Translations under genes and position numbers: made by a program | The notes under the pieces: model-generated | Databases searched by the model: none | Seen by the model: only the letters and a program-made list of their open reading frames with translations | What the model was told of the DNA's origin: nothing | Source of the DNA: an uncultured Gammaproteobacteria bacterium | GTDB taxonomy: Bacteria > Patescibacteriota > Microgenomatia > JAMCZE01 | DNA length: 64,000 nucleotides | NCBI GenBank assembly: GCA_964576435.1 | Contig: CAZNUP010000001.1 | Location: 611,030 to 675,029, forward strand | Direction of reading: 5' to 3' | Shown: piece after piece, positions 1-10,224 of the stretch | How the letters are laid out: the number at the start of each line of letters is the position of its first letter | Position numbering within the stretch: the stretch's first letter is position 1

Positions 1-189
1 TTCATTAGCGTTTCGGCGAATAACACCTTTTTTCTCAAGAATCGCCAAATGTTCATGAACAGTTGCTGGGGAAGACAAATTCATAGCCCTAGCTATTTCC
101 ATAAGAGTTGGTGAATATCCATACTTCTTAATGAAGTTTTGGATAAATTCCACAATTTGTCTTTGTCTTTTGTAAAGAACTACTGGCAT
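1..189 (-). CDS. lexA: SOS repressor LexA, N-terminal part (runs off window)
   Basis: Manual translation from ATG at 189: MPVVLYKRQRQIVEFIQNFIKKYGYSPTLMEIARAMNLSSPATVHEHLAILEKKGVIRR, the LexA wHTH signature; divergent from uvrB. Confidence 0.93.
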   Translation of the reverse strand, partial: MPVVLYKRQRQIVEFIQNFIKKYGYSPTLMEIARAMNLSSPATVHEHLAILEKKGVIRRNANE

Positions 190-243
190 ATTAGTGTTAA
201 AATGTAATTCGAGTCTCTCAGGCTGCGAACTAACTTAAGACTA

Positions 244-272
244 AAGATACACGAATAAAAACCATAAGTCAA
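244..272 (-). promoter_or_regulatory. Putative lexA sigma70 promoter with candidate LexA operator in the spacer
   Basis: Minus strand TTGACT-17 nt-TATCTT; spacer TATGGTTTTTATTCGTG; related CGAAY half-sites on + strand at 226, 252, 285. Confidence 0.55.
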
Positions 273-295
273 CCAATACATAAACGAACAAACTA

Positions 296-2293
296 ATGCA
301 ATTTACACTAAAATCCGACTATCATCCAATGGGCGACCAACCAGCTGCTATAGAGCAGCTTGTAAAGGGAATAAAAAATCAAACACAAGCCCAAGTACTC
401 TTGGGAGTAACTGGAAGTGGAAAAACTTACACTATAGCTAACGTCATTGAGCAGGTTCAAAAGCCAACTCTCATCATGGCTCACAATAAAACTTTAGCTG
501 CCCAACTCTATCAAGAGTTCAGAGATTTTTTCCCAGACAATGCCGTTTCCTATTTTGTCTCCTATTATGATTTCTACCAGCCAGAGGCCTATATTCCTCA
601 AACCGACACATATATAGAAAAGGAGACTGAGATCAACGAAGAAATTGACAAATTGCGCCTTCAATCAACAGCTAATCTTTTAACTAGAAAAGATGTAATA
701 GTGGTTGCCTCAGTATCTGCAATTTATGGACTTGGTAATCCAGTTGAATATGGAAAGTTTATTTTGGAACTTGATTCAAAAGCCGACTATAACAGGAAAG
801 CAATTTTAGAAAGGCTAGTAGAGCTTCAATATGAACGCTCTGAGTTTGATTTTAAAAGAGGGTCGTTTAGAGTAAAAGGCGATGTGATAGATCTTTACCC
901 AGCTTACGAAGATTATGGCATTCGGATTTTTGAAACTGGAAAGCTTCAAAAAATCGATCCCTTAACCGGCAAGATCATAGAAGATTTAGAAAAGTTTGTA
1001 ATTTATCCAGCCAAACACTATATGACAGATCCAGCTAGTTATGCGGATGTCTTTAAACAAATTAGAAATGATCTTGATTCCCAAGTAAAACTCCTAAAAT
1101 CAGCAGGAAAAGAACTTGAAGCGCACCGTTTAAACCAAAGAGTTAACTATGATCTTGAAATGATTCAAGAAGTAGGCTTTGTAAATGGCATTGAAAACTA
1201 TTCAAGATATTTTGACAATAGAGCTCCAGGTCAACCACCATATACTCTTTTGGATTATTTTCCAAAGGATGACTATTTATTAGTAGTAGATGAATCCCAT
1301 ATGACCATTCCTCAAATTAGAGGAATGTATAATGGCGACCAATCCCGAAAACAAACCTTAGTTGATTTTGGTTTTAGACTTCCAGCTGCCTTAGATAATA
1401 GACCCCTAAGATTTGATGAATTTTTAAGACGCAAAGGTCAAGCAATTTATGTTTCCGCAACCCCAGATGACTGGGAAAGAGAGCAAGCTGAAGGTGTGGT
1501 TGCCGAGCAGCTAATTAGACCAACAGGTATCCCAGACCCCGAAGTAGAAATTAGACCCACAAAAGGACAAATCCAAGATCTTATTAAAGAATTAAAAGAT
1601 AGGGTTTCAAAAAAACAACGGGTACTAGTAACCACCCTAACAAAGCGAATGTCTGAAGAGTTAACTGACTATTTAAAAGAAAACGAACCTGAAATAAAAG
1701 TTGCCTATCTCCATAGTGACATTTTGACCCTAGAAAGAAGTTCAATCTTAAAAAAACTTAGACTCGGTGAATACGATGTACTAGTTGGTATCAATCTTCT
1801 AAGAGAGGGCTTAGATCTCCCAGAAGTTGGCCTCGTAGCTATTCTAGATGCCGATAAAGAAGGTTTCTTAAGGTCAGATGTGGCCTTAATCCAAACCATG
1901 GGAAGAGCAGCGAGAAATACAGATTCAAGGGTAATTCTTTATGCCGACAACATGACTGGCTCAATTGAAAGAGCCACTAAAGAAGTTAAGCGTCGTAGAG
2001 AAATTCAAATTAAATGGAATAAAGATCATGGCATCACACCTCAAAACATTTCTAAACCAGTTAGGGGAGACGTGCTAAATGAAAGTGTTGCCGAGGGAAG
2101 AGCTAAAAAGGCCTCACAAAGCTATCAAGTAATGCTGGATGCTGAACTAGCTGACATTAATCCAGACGAACTTCTTCCAGAACAAAAGAAAGAACTTGCC
2201 AAAGTATTAGAAAGAAGGATGAAAGAAGCTGCAAAAATATTAGACTTCGAAGGGGCCACCTTCTATAGAGATTACCTCAAGAAATTAATTTAA
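296..2293 (+). CDS. uvrB: Excinuclease ABC subunit B
   Basis: GVTGSGKT Walker A, YYDFYQPEAY beta-hairpin, DESH, C-terminal UVR coiled coil. Confidence 0.98.
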   Translation: MQFTLKSDYHPMGDQPAAIEQLVKGIKNQTQAQVLLGVTGSGKTYTIANVIEQVQKPTLIMAHNKTLAAQLYQEFRDFFPDNAVSYFVSYYDFYQPEAYIPQTDTYIEKETEINEEIDKLRLQSTANLLTRKDVIVVASVSAIYGLGNPVEYGKFILELDSKADYNRKAILERLVELQYERSEFDFKRGSFRVKGDVIDLYPAYEDYGIRIFETGKLQKIDPLTGKIIEDLEKFVIYPAKHYMTDPASYADVFKQIRNDLDSQVKLLKSAGKELEAHRLNQRVNYDLEMIQEVGFVNGIENYSRYFDNRAPGQPPYTLLDYFPKDDYLLVVDESHMTIPQIRGMYNGDQSRKQTLVDFGFRLPAALDNRPLRFDEFLRRKGQAIYVSATPDDWEREQAEGVVAEQLIRPTGIPDPEVEIRPTKGQIQDLIKELKDRVSKKQRVLVTTLTKRMSEELTDYLKENEPEIKVAYLHSDILTLERSSILKKLRLGEYDVLVGINLLREGLDLPEVGLVAILDADKEGFLRSDVALIQTMGRAARNTDSRVILYADNMTGSIERATKEVKRRREIQIKWNKDHGITPQNISKPVRGDVLNESVAEGRAKKASQSYQVMLDAELADINPDELLPEQKKELAKVLERRMKEAAKILDFEGATFYRDYLKKLI

Positions 2294-2338
2294 TTTACTA
2301 AATTAGTAAACTAAGTATTTATATCCTATAATAAAACA

Positions 2339-2605
2339 ATGATTTCCGAAAAAGCAGCATGCCCACTTAAAGCCTTGGCGGGCAATAAAAAAACCTGTTC
2401 CTGTCCAATAAAGGAACTTAATCGTAATTTTAATATTATTAACAGATTGGTGCTAAGTAGCTATGGTAAAAATTTTGATGAAGATTTTCCAGGACTTATT
2501 ACGTTTTTAATGGAATTAGGAACTTCAGAAAGTATGAATATGTTACTCCTTGTAGCTCAAAAGGCCGGATCACCTGCTGTTTATTATTGTTCAACAGAAG
2601 CTTAA
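2339..2605 (+). CDS. Hypothetical protein (Cys-containing, 88 aa)
   Basis: ORF with TATAAT 6 nt upstream of ATG (leaderless pattern). Confidence 0.55.
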   Translation: MISEKAACPLKALAGNKKTCSCPIKELNRNFNIINRLVLSSYGKNFDEDFPGLITFLMELGTSESMNMLLLVAQKAGSPAVYYCSTEA

Positions 2606-2611
2606 ATTAAA

Positions 2612-2785
2612 TTACTTTTCTGGCCTGTTTGTAACTCTAGCCTCAATAATTTGTCCGCACTTGGGACATTCTTTTGACACTACAACAATTAGTCCCTCCG
2701 TGTTGTAATATCACTTCTTTCCAGTTTACTGAACGCCTTTAACTGGGCAATTTCGAATAACTTTATATGGGCGTCCGCAAGACAT
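2612..2785 (-). pseudogene. Possible decayed small zinc-ribbon protein
   Basis: Single frame MSCGRPYKVIRNCPVKGVQ*TGKK*YYNTEGLIVVVSKECPKCGQIIEARVTNRPEK* with a CPKCG knuckle and two internal stops. Confidence 0.3.
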
Positions 2786-2950
2786 TTTGGCTTCTCGATT
2801 GGTCAATTCTACCAAATATGTTTATATTAACCAAAACAAACCCATAAAAAGACTTGAAAATACATGATATAATTGTTTTGGTTCATGAATTTTGGGCACT
2901 AACAGTGCATGAATCTCGCCTCCGGGCGTAGTTTTTCGTGGCTAAAGCTT

Positions 2951-5830
2951 ATGACAGACAAAATAATCATCAAAGGAGCAAGGGAGCACAACCTAAAGAA
3001 TGTTGACATGGAGATACCCAAAAACAAACTCGTTGTTTTTACGGGGGTTTCGGGTAGTGGAAAAAGTTCCATGGCCTTCGACACTATTTATGCAGAAGGT
3101 CAAAGGCGTTATGTCGAATCGCTAAGTTCCTATGCCCGCCAATTCCTAGGGGTTATGGACAAACCGGATGTCGATCAAATTGACGGTCTTTCTCCCGCTA
3201 TTTCAATTGACCAAAAAACAACCTCCCATAATCCAAGAAGCACAGTTGGAACTATTACTGAAATCTATGATTACCTAAGACTTTTATTTGCAAGAATTGG
3301 ACATCCCCATTGTCCAAATTGTGGCAGAGAAATTGCCCATTTATCCCTAGAACAAATCCAGGAGCAAGTTTTAAACATGGGCAAAGCAACTACTAAACCC
3401 AGAAGATTCTTAATTCTTGCCCCACTCGTTAAAGAAAGAAAAGGTGAATACAGCCAGCTTCTAGAAAGTCTTCAAGCAAAGGGTATCACTAAGGTTCGAA
3501 TTGATGGACAAATTTTTTCCACCAGTGACGGCATCTCTCTTATAAAAACAAATAAACACTCAATTGAGGCTGTTTCCGATCGTTTAACTTTCGAACCCAA
3601 AAAAGAACCTGATGTTTCAAGGCTTCGTGAGGCATTGGAATCCGCTCTAGCTTTAGCTGATGGAGAGGTAATTCTTTCTGAAATCATGGATTCTTCCTTG
3701 GAATTCCCAGAACACCCAAAGGAAATGGAAGATCATCTCTATTCGGAAAAGTTTGCTTGCCCAGTTTGCGGCATTAGTTTGTCAGAAATAGAACCCAGAA
3801 TCTTTTCTTTTAACTCTCCACAAGGAGCTTGTCCAACCTGCACTGGTCTTGGCTACCTACTAAAAGTCGACAAAGATTTAGTTATAAATCCAGATCTCTC
3901 AATTTCTGAGGGTGGAATCCTGCCTTTAGGAAATGAAGTGGAACACGACACTTGGTTCATGCGGATGATTAAAGCTGTCGCTGATAAAGAACGTTTTTCT
4001 TTAACAAGGCCCATTAAAGAGTTATCTGAAAAACAATTAAATTATGTTTTACATGGCATTGACGATGAAATCTATGTCCAAGGCACAAATAGGCAAGGTA
4101 GAACTACTGGATTCTACGAAAAGTTTGAGGGAGTTTTGACACGACTTGAAAGACTATACAAAGAAACAGATTCGGAGTGGAGAAGACAAGACATTGAAAA
4201 GTACATGCGCAATGAAGTTTGTCCAACCTGTAATGGCACAAGGCTTAAAAAAGAAGCACTAGGAGTAACAATAGAGGATCAAAATATCTTTCAAGTCTCA
4301 AACCAAAGCATAGTAGCTTCACTAGACTATTTAAAGAATCTTTCAAACTTAAACGGACGGGAGCTTCAAATAGCCACTCCAATCCTTAAAGAATTAACTA
4401 CCAGGCTAAAATTTCTCATCGACGTTGGCCTCGACTATCTAACCCTAAATAGAACAGCAAACACCCTAGCTGGTGGTGAAGCACAAAGAATCCGTCTAGC
4501 CTCGCAAATTGGGTCAGGTCTTTCAGGAGTTCTTTACGTCTTAGATGAACCATCAATTGGTTTACATCAAAGAGACAATAAAAAGTTGATAACTACCCTA
4601 ATTCATCTAAGAGATTTAGGAAACACAGTTATTGTTGTCGAACATGACAAAGAAATGATGGAAGATTCTGACTATATTTTTGACTTTGGTCCAGGCGCTG
4701 GAATCCATGGGGGTAAAATTATTGCCGAAGGTACTCCGGATGAAATCAAAGCTGATAAAAATTCTCTTACCGGAAGCTATCTAAGTGGAAGAAAGAAAAT
4801 CGACGGAAATAGAACCTATACAGAAAATAAACTTACTGACTCCGAAAAGTCTTTAAAAATTGTCGGGGCTAGGGAGCATAACCTCAAAAACATCGATGTT
4901 GAAATTCCACTTGGAAAATTTGTTTGTGTTACTGGTCTCTCAGGTTCTGGTAAATCAACCTTAATTCACGACATTCTTTACCACGCTCTTGCTAAAGAGT
5001 TTTATCCACTTCACAAAGAAAAGCCAGGAGCGCACGACGGCATTCTGGGCATTGATAATCTGGACAAAGTGATCTTAATTGACCAATCACCAATTGGAAG
5101 AACCCCAAGAAGTAATCCAGCAACTTATACTGGTGCCTTTACTCACATCAGGCAGCTCTTTGCTTCAACGAAGGAAGCAAAAGTAAAAGGTTATAAAGAA
5201 GGAAGGTTTAGTTTCAATGTTAAAGGTGGCAGATGCGAAGCATGCGAAGGGGAGGGCCAAATAAAGATTGAAATGAATTTCTTACCAGATGTTTATGTTG
5301 ATTGTGAAGTATGCCATGGCAAAAGGTACAACGCAGAGGCTTTAGAAATCTATTTCCACGATAAAAATATAGCTGATGTTTTAGATATGACAGTTGACGC
5401 CGCAGCTGGTTTTTTTGCAAACATTCCTGGGCTTTTAAATAAACTCCAGACGTTGCAGGATGTCGGTCTTGGCTATATTAAAATTGGCCAGCCAGCAACC
5501 ACACTTTCAGGTGGTGAAGCTCAAAGAATAAAACTTGCAACAGAGCTTGCCAAAAAAGCCACTGGCAAAACTATCTATATATTAGATGAGCCAACCACAG
5601 GTTTACATTTTGCTGACCTTGAAAAACTCCTCTATGTTCTTAAAAGTTTAGTTGCCAAAGGAAACACAGTTTTAGTAATCGAGCACAACCTAGACATCAT
5701 TAAAAATAGTGATTGGATTATTGATCTAGGTCCTGAAGGTGGAGATAAAGGCGGTGAAATTGTAGCAACAGGCAAACCAGAAGATATTAAAAAAGTTAAA
5801 GCAAGCTGGACCGGTAAATATCTAAACTAA
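2951..5830 (+). CDS. uvrA: Excinuclease ABC subunit A
   Basis: Two ABC ATPase modules ([24 protein letters not shown]) and zinc fingers; start placed at ATG 2951 ([16 protein letters not shown]). Confidence 0.98.
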   Translation: MTDKIIIKGAREHNLKNVDMEIPKNKLVVFTGVSGSGKSSMAFDTIYAEGQRRYVESLSSYARQFLGVMDKPDVDQIDGLSPAISIDQKTTSHNPRSTVGTITEIYDYLRLLFARIGHPHCPNCGREIAHLSLEQIQEQVLNMGKATTKPRRFLILAPLVKERKGEYSQLLESLQAKGITKVRIDGQIFSTSDGISLIKTNKHSIEAVSDRLTFEPKKEPDVSRLREALESALALADGEVILSEIMDSSLEFPEHPKEMEDHLYSEKFACPVCGISLSEIEPRIFSFNSPQGACPTCTGLGYLLKVDKDLVINPDLSISEGGILPLGNEVEHDTWFMRMIKAVADKERFSLTRPIKELSEKQLNYVLHGIDDEIYVQGTNRQGRTTGFYEKFEGVLTRLERLYKETDSEWRRQDIEKYMRNEVCPTCNGTRLKKEALGVTIEDQNIFQVSNQSIVASLDYLKNLSNLNGRELQIATPILKELTTRLKFLIDVGLDYLTLNRTANTLAGGEAQRIRLASQIGSGLSGVLYVLDEPSIGLHQRDNKKLITTLIHLRDLGNTVIVVEHDKEMMEDSDYIFDFGPGAGIHGGKIIAEGTPDEIKADKNSLTGSYLSGRKKIDGNRTYTENKLTDSEKSLKIVGAREHNLKNIDVEIPLGKFVCVTGLSGSGKSTLIHDILYHALAKEFYPLHKEKPGAHDGILGIDNLDKVILIDQSPIGRTPRSNPATYTGAFTHIRQLFASTKEAKVKGYKEGRFSFNVKGGRCEACEGEGQIKIEMNFLPDVYVDCEVCHGKRYNAEALEIYFHDKNIADVLDMTVDAAAGFFANIPGLLNKLQTLQDVGLGYIKIGQPATTLSGGEAQRIKLATELAKKATGKTIYILDEPTTGLHFADLEKLLYVLKSLVAKGNTVLVIEHNLDIIKNSDWIIDLGPEGGDKGGEIVATGKPEDIKKVKASWTGKYLN

Positions 5831-5881
5831 CTTCATATCTCAAAACTAGGATAAGCCATTTCTTCATGCTATTATGTCGCC

Positions 5882-7672
5882 ATGCACTTAAGTCGCATTT
5901 TAATTAGTATTTTCTTATGTTTTTGGATACTACTTTTATTTCCACAACCAGTAAAAGCTGCAGATAAAAAATTTCAAGTTACCTACGACATTACATATAA
6001 AGTCCAAGAAAATGCCTCAACTGATGTTGTTGAAAACATCCATATAAAAAACCTCACCACGGAATCTTTGGCAAAAGAATTTGTAATTAAATTAAAAAAA
6101 ATAAAGGTATCTGATGTTCAGGCGTTTGATCAAAGCGGTAGCTTAGAAATAAATCAGTTTGCAATTGACGGGGGAACCGAGATTCGTATTCAATTTGGCA
6201 AACTCGCCCCAGGGATTGATAAGACAATGCATTGGACATTAACTTATAAGGCAGACGGTCTAGCTAAAAAAATAGGCCGGCTATGGAAAGTTTCCCTTCC
6301 ACAGTTTCCAAAAACATCAAATTCTGATGATGTCACAATTGGTCTTTATGTGCCTCCTTCATTTGGAGCGCCACTTTTAGCAAAACCAATACCATCTACA
6401 AAAGACAATATCTGGTCAGGGGCTCAAGCTGCCGGACCAATTGTTGCAATATATGGTCCAAGAGATCAAACGCCCTATCAAGCCTACGATTTTAATCTAA
6501 GTTATAAATTAACTAACGATTCTGTTGTTGATCAAGTAATGGACATAGCTCTCCCACCAAATACCTCATATCAAAAGGTCTTTATCACCTCACTTGATCC
6601 AAAGCCTAAAAGCATAAATCTAGATCAAGACGGCAATACCATTGCTAGTTTCAATGTTAGCCCAAAGTCCTCACTTGGAATAAAATCCATAGGAAACATC
6701 GCAGTTTTTGCAAAACCAGTTGAAGTACCAATTGAATCTAAAAATTCTCAAATTTATTTAGACTCTCAGCCATTTTGGGAAACAACCAGTAATGAGGTCA
6801 AAAAGGTTACCTCAGATATTTTTTCCCCAAAAGATATTTACGATTTTACGATTTCTCATCTAAGTTATGATCCAAATAAACCCACCAAGAACCCAAATAG
6901 ACTCGGTGCCCAAAAAGCTCTTGAGACCAGACTGTCTGCAATATGTACTGAATTCACCGATGTTTTTGTTGCTCTAGCAAGAGCTTCAGGAATAAAAGCA
7001 AGAGAAATTGACGGCTTTGCTTATACTGAAGATCAAAAAACTTTTCCAGTCTTAAATCAAAACGATGTTCTCCATGCTTGGCCTGAATATCTAGATGAAA
7101 CAAATTCAGAAAAAATGGTTTGGCGTATGGTCGATCCAACTTGGGGAAAAACCTCAGGAGGAATGGACTATTTCCAAACTTTTGACTTCGATCATGTTGC
7201 GCTAGCTATAAGAGGAACAAGTAGTACAAGTCCCAATCCAGCAGGCTTTTACAAAGAAAATCATAAATTAAAGCACTTTATAAAAGATGAGCAACCTAAA
7301 AAAGATGTTTTTATTAAACCAGTTAATATCGACCTACCAGTTACCGAAGAAGCAAAACTAAATTTCCTGGCTCCAAATCAAATTGTTGGTCTTGAAGGCC
7401 TGCCAATTAAAGCAGCCTTAAGTTTAGAAAACTCCGGAAATACCACCTCAATGGCTCAAAAAATGACAATCGGTAGGCAAAGTATTTCAGTTCCTCCTGT
7501 GCCACCATTTGGTAAACACAAGTTAGAATTAGATCTAACTGGCACAAACAATGGGGTTCAAACCTTGGTTTACAGCTTAAATGGTGAAGAAAAGACTCAA
7601 AGTGTTAAAATTATTCCGTTTGGAACTCTTTCTTGGTTCCTACATCTTCCAGGTTACTTTTTAAACGTATGA
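5882..7672 (+). CDS. Secreted/membrane transglutaminase-like domain protein
   Basis: Signal peptide; catalytic triad motifs ICTEF, HAWPE, VDPTW. Confidence 0.85.
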   Translation: MHLSRILISIFLCFWILLLFPQPVKAADKKFQVTYDITYKVQENASTDVVENIHIKNLTTESLAKEFVIKLKKIKVSDVQAFDQSGSLEINQFAIDGGTEIRIQFGKLAPGIDKTMHWTLTYKADGLAKKIGRLWKVSLPQFPKTSNSDDVTIGLYVPPSFGAPLLAKPIPSTKDNIWSGAQAAGPIVAIYGPRDQTPYQAYDFNLSYKLTNDSVVDQVMDIALPPNTSYQKVFITSLDPKPKSINLDQDGNTIASFNVSPKSSLGIKSIGNIAVFAKPVEVPIESKNSQIYLDSQPFWETTSNEVKKVTSDIFSPKDIYDFTISHLSYDPNKPTKNPNRLGAQKALETRLSAICTEFTDVFVALARASGIKAREIDGFAYTEDQKTFPVLNQNDVLHAWPEYLDETNSEKMVWRMVDPTWGKTSGGMDYFQTFDFDHVALAIRGTSSTSPNPAGFYKENHKLKHFIKDEQPKKDVFIKPVNIDLPVTEEAKLNFLAPNQIVGLEGLPIKAALSLENSGNTTSMAQKMTIGRQSISVPPVPPFGKHKLELDLTGTNNGVQTLVYSLNGEEKTQSVKIIPFGTLSWFLHLPGYFLNV

Positions 7673-8907
7673 ACTGGCAAAATTTACCACAACTTCCAGG
7701 CGTCTATTTCTTTAAAAACGCTCAAGGAAAAATAATTTATGTGGGGAAGGCAAAATCCCTAAGAAATCGCGTTTCTTCCTATTTTCAACCACCCGAAAAG
7801 CTTTTGCCAAAAACTGCGCAAATGGTTGGCGAAGCAACCACCCTTGACCATATTGTCGTTGAATCAGAGATCGATGCGTTACTTTTTGAAGCCAACCTAA
7901 TTAGAAAGTTTCAACCTCGATATAACGTTGATTGGAAAGATGGAAAATCTTACCCCCTAATTGAAATAACAGTCAAAGATAAAATTCCCCAAGTTCACTA
8001 TGCACGCCAAGAACTAAATCTAAATGCCAAATATTTTGGCCCATATCCAACAGGAAGTGATTTAACTAGTCTCTTAAGGTTTTTAAGAAGAATTTTCCCT
8101 TACGTTTCTCAAAATCATCCAGGCAATAAACCATGTTTAAGATCTCATTTAGGCCTTTGCCCATGTCCGGAAGTTTTTACCGACCAGAAAGCTAGATCAA
8201 AGTATTTAAGGGATTTAAAAAACTTAAGCGACTTTCTTGAAGGTAAAAGAACCACAGTTCAAAAAAAGCTTGAAAAGGAGATGCAAGAAGCCTCTCAAAA
8301 CCAAAACTACGAAAGGGCAGGGGAATTAAAAGCAAAACTTGTGCAAATTGAAAATATAACAGCTTTAAGAACTAGACCAAATGAGTATGAAGTGAATCCT
8401 AATCTCTTTGACGATAGAAGGCGCGAAGAAAATGAAGAACTAGCAAAAGTCTTAAATATTAAGAACATCAAAAAAATTGAATGTTATGACATAAGTAACA
8501 CAAGCGGTAAAAACGCGACAGGAGCACAAGTGGTTTTTGTAGACGGAGTTCCAGATAAATCTCTTTATAGAAGATACAAAATAAAATTAAAGACCAAGGA
8601 TGATTTACCAAATGACTTTGCTATGATGAATGAAATGCTAACAAGAAGGTTGAAATCCGATGTTCCACTCCCAGAATTAATAATTATTGACGGCGGAAAA
8701 GGTCAACTTGGGGCTATCCCAAAAATCCCAACAAACGTAATTGGCCTAGCAAAAAGAATTGAAACTATTATTACTTTAGATGAAAAAGAAATAAATTTGC
8801 CAATTGGCTCACCAGCCTTAAATCTTATTCAAAGATTAAGAGATGAAGCGCATAGATTTAGCAGAAAGTATCACTTCTACTTAAGGAAAAACAGCCTATT
8901 TTCGTAA
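7669..8907 (+). CDS. uvrC: Excinuclease ABC subunit C, short form
   Basis: GIY-YIG (PGVYFF..IYVGKAK), UVR domain, RNase H-like domain (ECYDIS, IDGGKGQ, RDEAHRF); ATGA overlap with upstream stop; no C-terminal HhH. Confidence 0.93.
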   Translation: MNWQNLPQLPGVYFFKNAQGKIIYVGKAKSLRNRVSSYFQPPEKLLPKTAQMVGEATTLDHIVVESEIDALLFEANLIRKFQPRYNVDWKDGKSYPLIEITVKDKIPQVHYARQELNLNAKYFGPYPTGSDLTSLLRFLRRIFPYVSQNHPGNKPCLRSHLGLCPCPEVFTDQKARSKYLRDLKNLSDFLEGKRTTVQKKLEKEMQEASQNQNYERAGELKAKLVQIENITALRTRPNEYEVNPNLFDDRRREENEELAKVLNIKNIKKIECYDISNTSGKNATGAQVVFVDGVPDKSLYRRYKIKLKTKDDLPNDFAMMNEMLTRRLKSDVPLPELIIIDGGKGQLGAIPKIPTNVIGLAKRIETIITLDEKEINLPIGSPALNLIQRLRDEAHRFSRKYHFYLRKNSLFS

Positions 8908-8975
8908 TCATACTAAATTCCAAAGTTGAATAGCAGACTATCAATATAAGATGCTCTGCATACAATCTTTGTGCC

Positions 8976-9545
8976 ATGGAAAATAAAATTGTTGCTTTGG
9001 TTGGTCCAGAAGGTTCAGGAAAAAGTACTATTGGAAAATTACTATCACTAAAGGCAAATCTGCCTTACACCTCGACTGGTGATATTTTACGTGAAATCGC
9101 ACTTAAAGATCCTTCAGATCTTGGAGACCAATGTCGGGCAATGTTTTCAAGTAGCAGCTATCTTGACACCACTACCTTACTAAGTGTTTTGTCGTTAAGG
9201 CTAGAACAGCCTGATATGTCTAAAGGTTTCATACTTGATGGAGCGCTAAGAACAACAGAAGAAGTGCAACAATTCCCAAACATGTTAAAAAGTGCCAATC
9301 GGTCTATGCCAGTTTCAGTAGTTTTGTTAAATGTTCCAGAAGAAATTACATATGAAAGACTGCTAAATATTAGAAGACGAAATGACGACAATCCAGATGC
9401 GATTAGAAATCGTCTAAATCATTACAAAGCAGGACTAAACGAGAGAATTTCTCTTATTAAATCGCAAAAAAACTGGAGTTTCCAAGAAGTTGACGCAACT
9501 CATGGGATTAATGAAGTTCTTAATACAGTTTTTAACCTAATATAG
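8976..9545 (+). CDS. adk: Adenylate/nucleoside monophosphate kinase (short lid)
   Basis: GPEGSGKST, STGDILR, GFILDG, RxDD motifs. Confidence 0.8.
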   Translation: MENKIVALVGPEGSGKSTIGKLLSLKANLPYTSTGDILREIALKDPSDLGDQCRAMFSSSSYLDTTTLLSVLSLRLEQPDMSKGFILDGALRTTEEVQQFPNMLKSANRSMPVSVVLLNVPEEITYERLLNIRRRNDDNPDAIRNRLNHYKAGLNERISLIKSQKNWSFQEVDATHGINEVLNTVFNLI

Positions 9546-9587
9546 ATCCTACACAAGCATATTTACTGTTTGTGCTACCATTAAATA

Positions 9588-9989
9588 ATGATTAAGGACT
9601 TTGTCCGGTCTTTTCTCGTAAATACTTTAACTTTGTGGGTGCTCACCCAATATGTCCTAGGTTTTCAAATTAATAATGGTGTAATTCCACTTTTTATAAT
9701 TAGCCTAGCCTTTACAGTACTCCACATGGTCATGAAACCCGTTCTAGAAACGATCTTTTCAAGTATAAACTTTCTAACCTTAGGTGCCGTCGGAGTAGCT
9801 GTAGACTCAGCTATCCTATTTGTAATTACCAAATATTTTACTCAGATCTCAATTTCAGCTTGGCGATTTCAAGGAGCTACAATCCAAGGGTATCAAGTTC
9901 CACCAACAGATCTAAGCATTATTGCAACAGTCATTCTAGTTGCCCTAATCTTAAATATAGTCCGCACCATAGTAGAAATGCTGACATAA
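9588..9989 (+). CDS. 4-TM membrane protein, YvlD/phage holin-like family
   Basis: Hydrophobic profile, 'KPVL..INFLTLG' motif; usual neighbour of uvr genes. Confidence 0.7.
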   Translation: MIKDFVRSFLVNTLTLWVLTQYVLGFQINNGVIPLFIISLAFTVLHMVMKPVLETIFSSINFLTLGAVGVAVDSAILFVITKYFTQISISAWRFQGATIQGYQVPPTDLSIIATVILVALILNIVRTIVEMLT

Positions 9990-10008
9990 ACTGGTATAAT
10001 AATGCCTA

Positions 10009-10224
10009 ATGCAACAACCTCTATTAATTTTACAAATCATTATCTGTATCGGCCTTGTTGGCACAATCCTTGTTCAAGCTAAAGGAACAGGGCTTGGAAG
10101 CTCATTTGGAGGATCTGGGGAAATGTACAGAAGTAAGAAAGGTGTCGAGAAAATTGTCGTTTATTCAACCATAGTCTTAACTGTCCTTTTTGCACTAGTC
10201 TCAATCGCACTCCTTTTGATTTAA
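10009..10224 (+). CDS. secG: Preprotein translocase subunit SecG
   Basis: Two TM helices around Q-x-KGTGLGSSFGG loop. Confidence 0.92.
   Translation: MQQPLLILQIIICIGLVGTILVQAKGTGLGSSFGGSGEMYRSKKGVEKIVVYSTIVLTVLFALVSIALLLI

Noticed and set aside
2612-2785. Stop-codon reassignment (UGA=Gly, code 25) as the cause of in-frame stops
   Set aside because: One stop is TAA, and TGA terminates many intact genes here (e.g. ATGA overlaps at 7669, 11798, 55842)
9588-9989. Holin as evidence of a prophage
   Set aside because: YvlD-type membrane protein in a housekeeping context with no phage genes nearby
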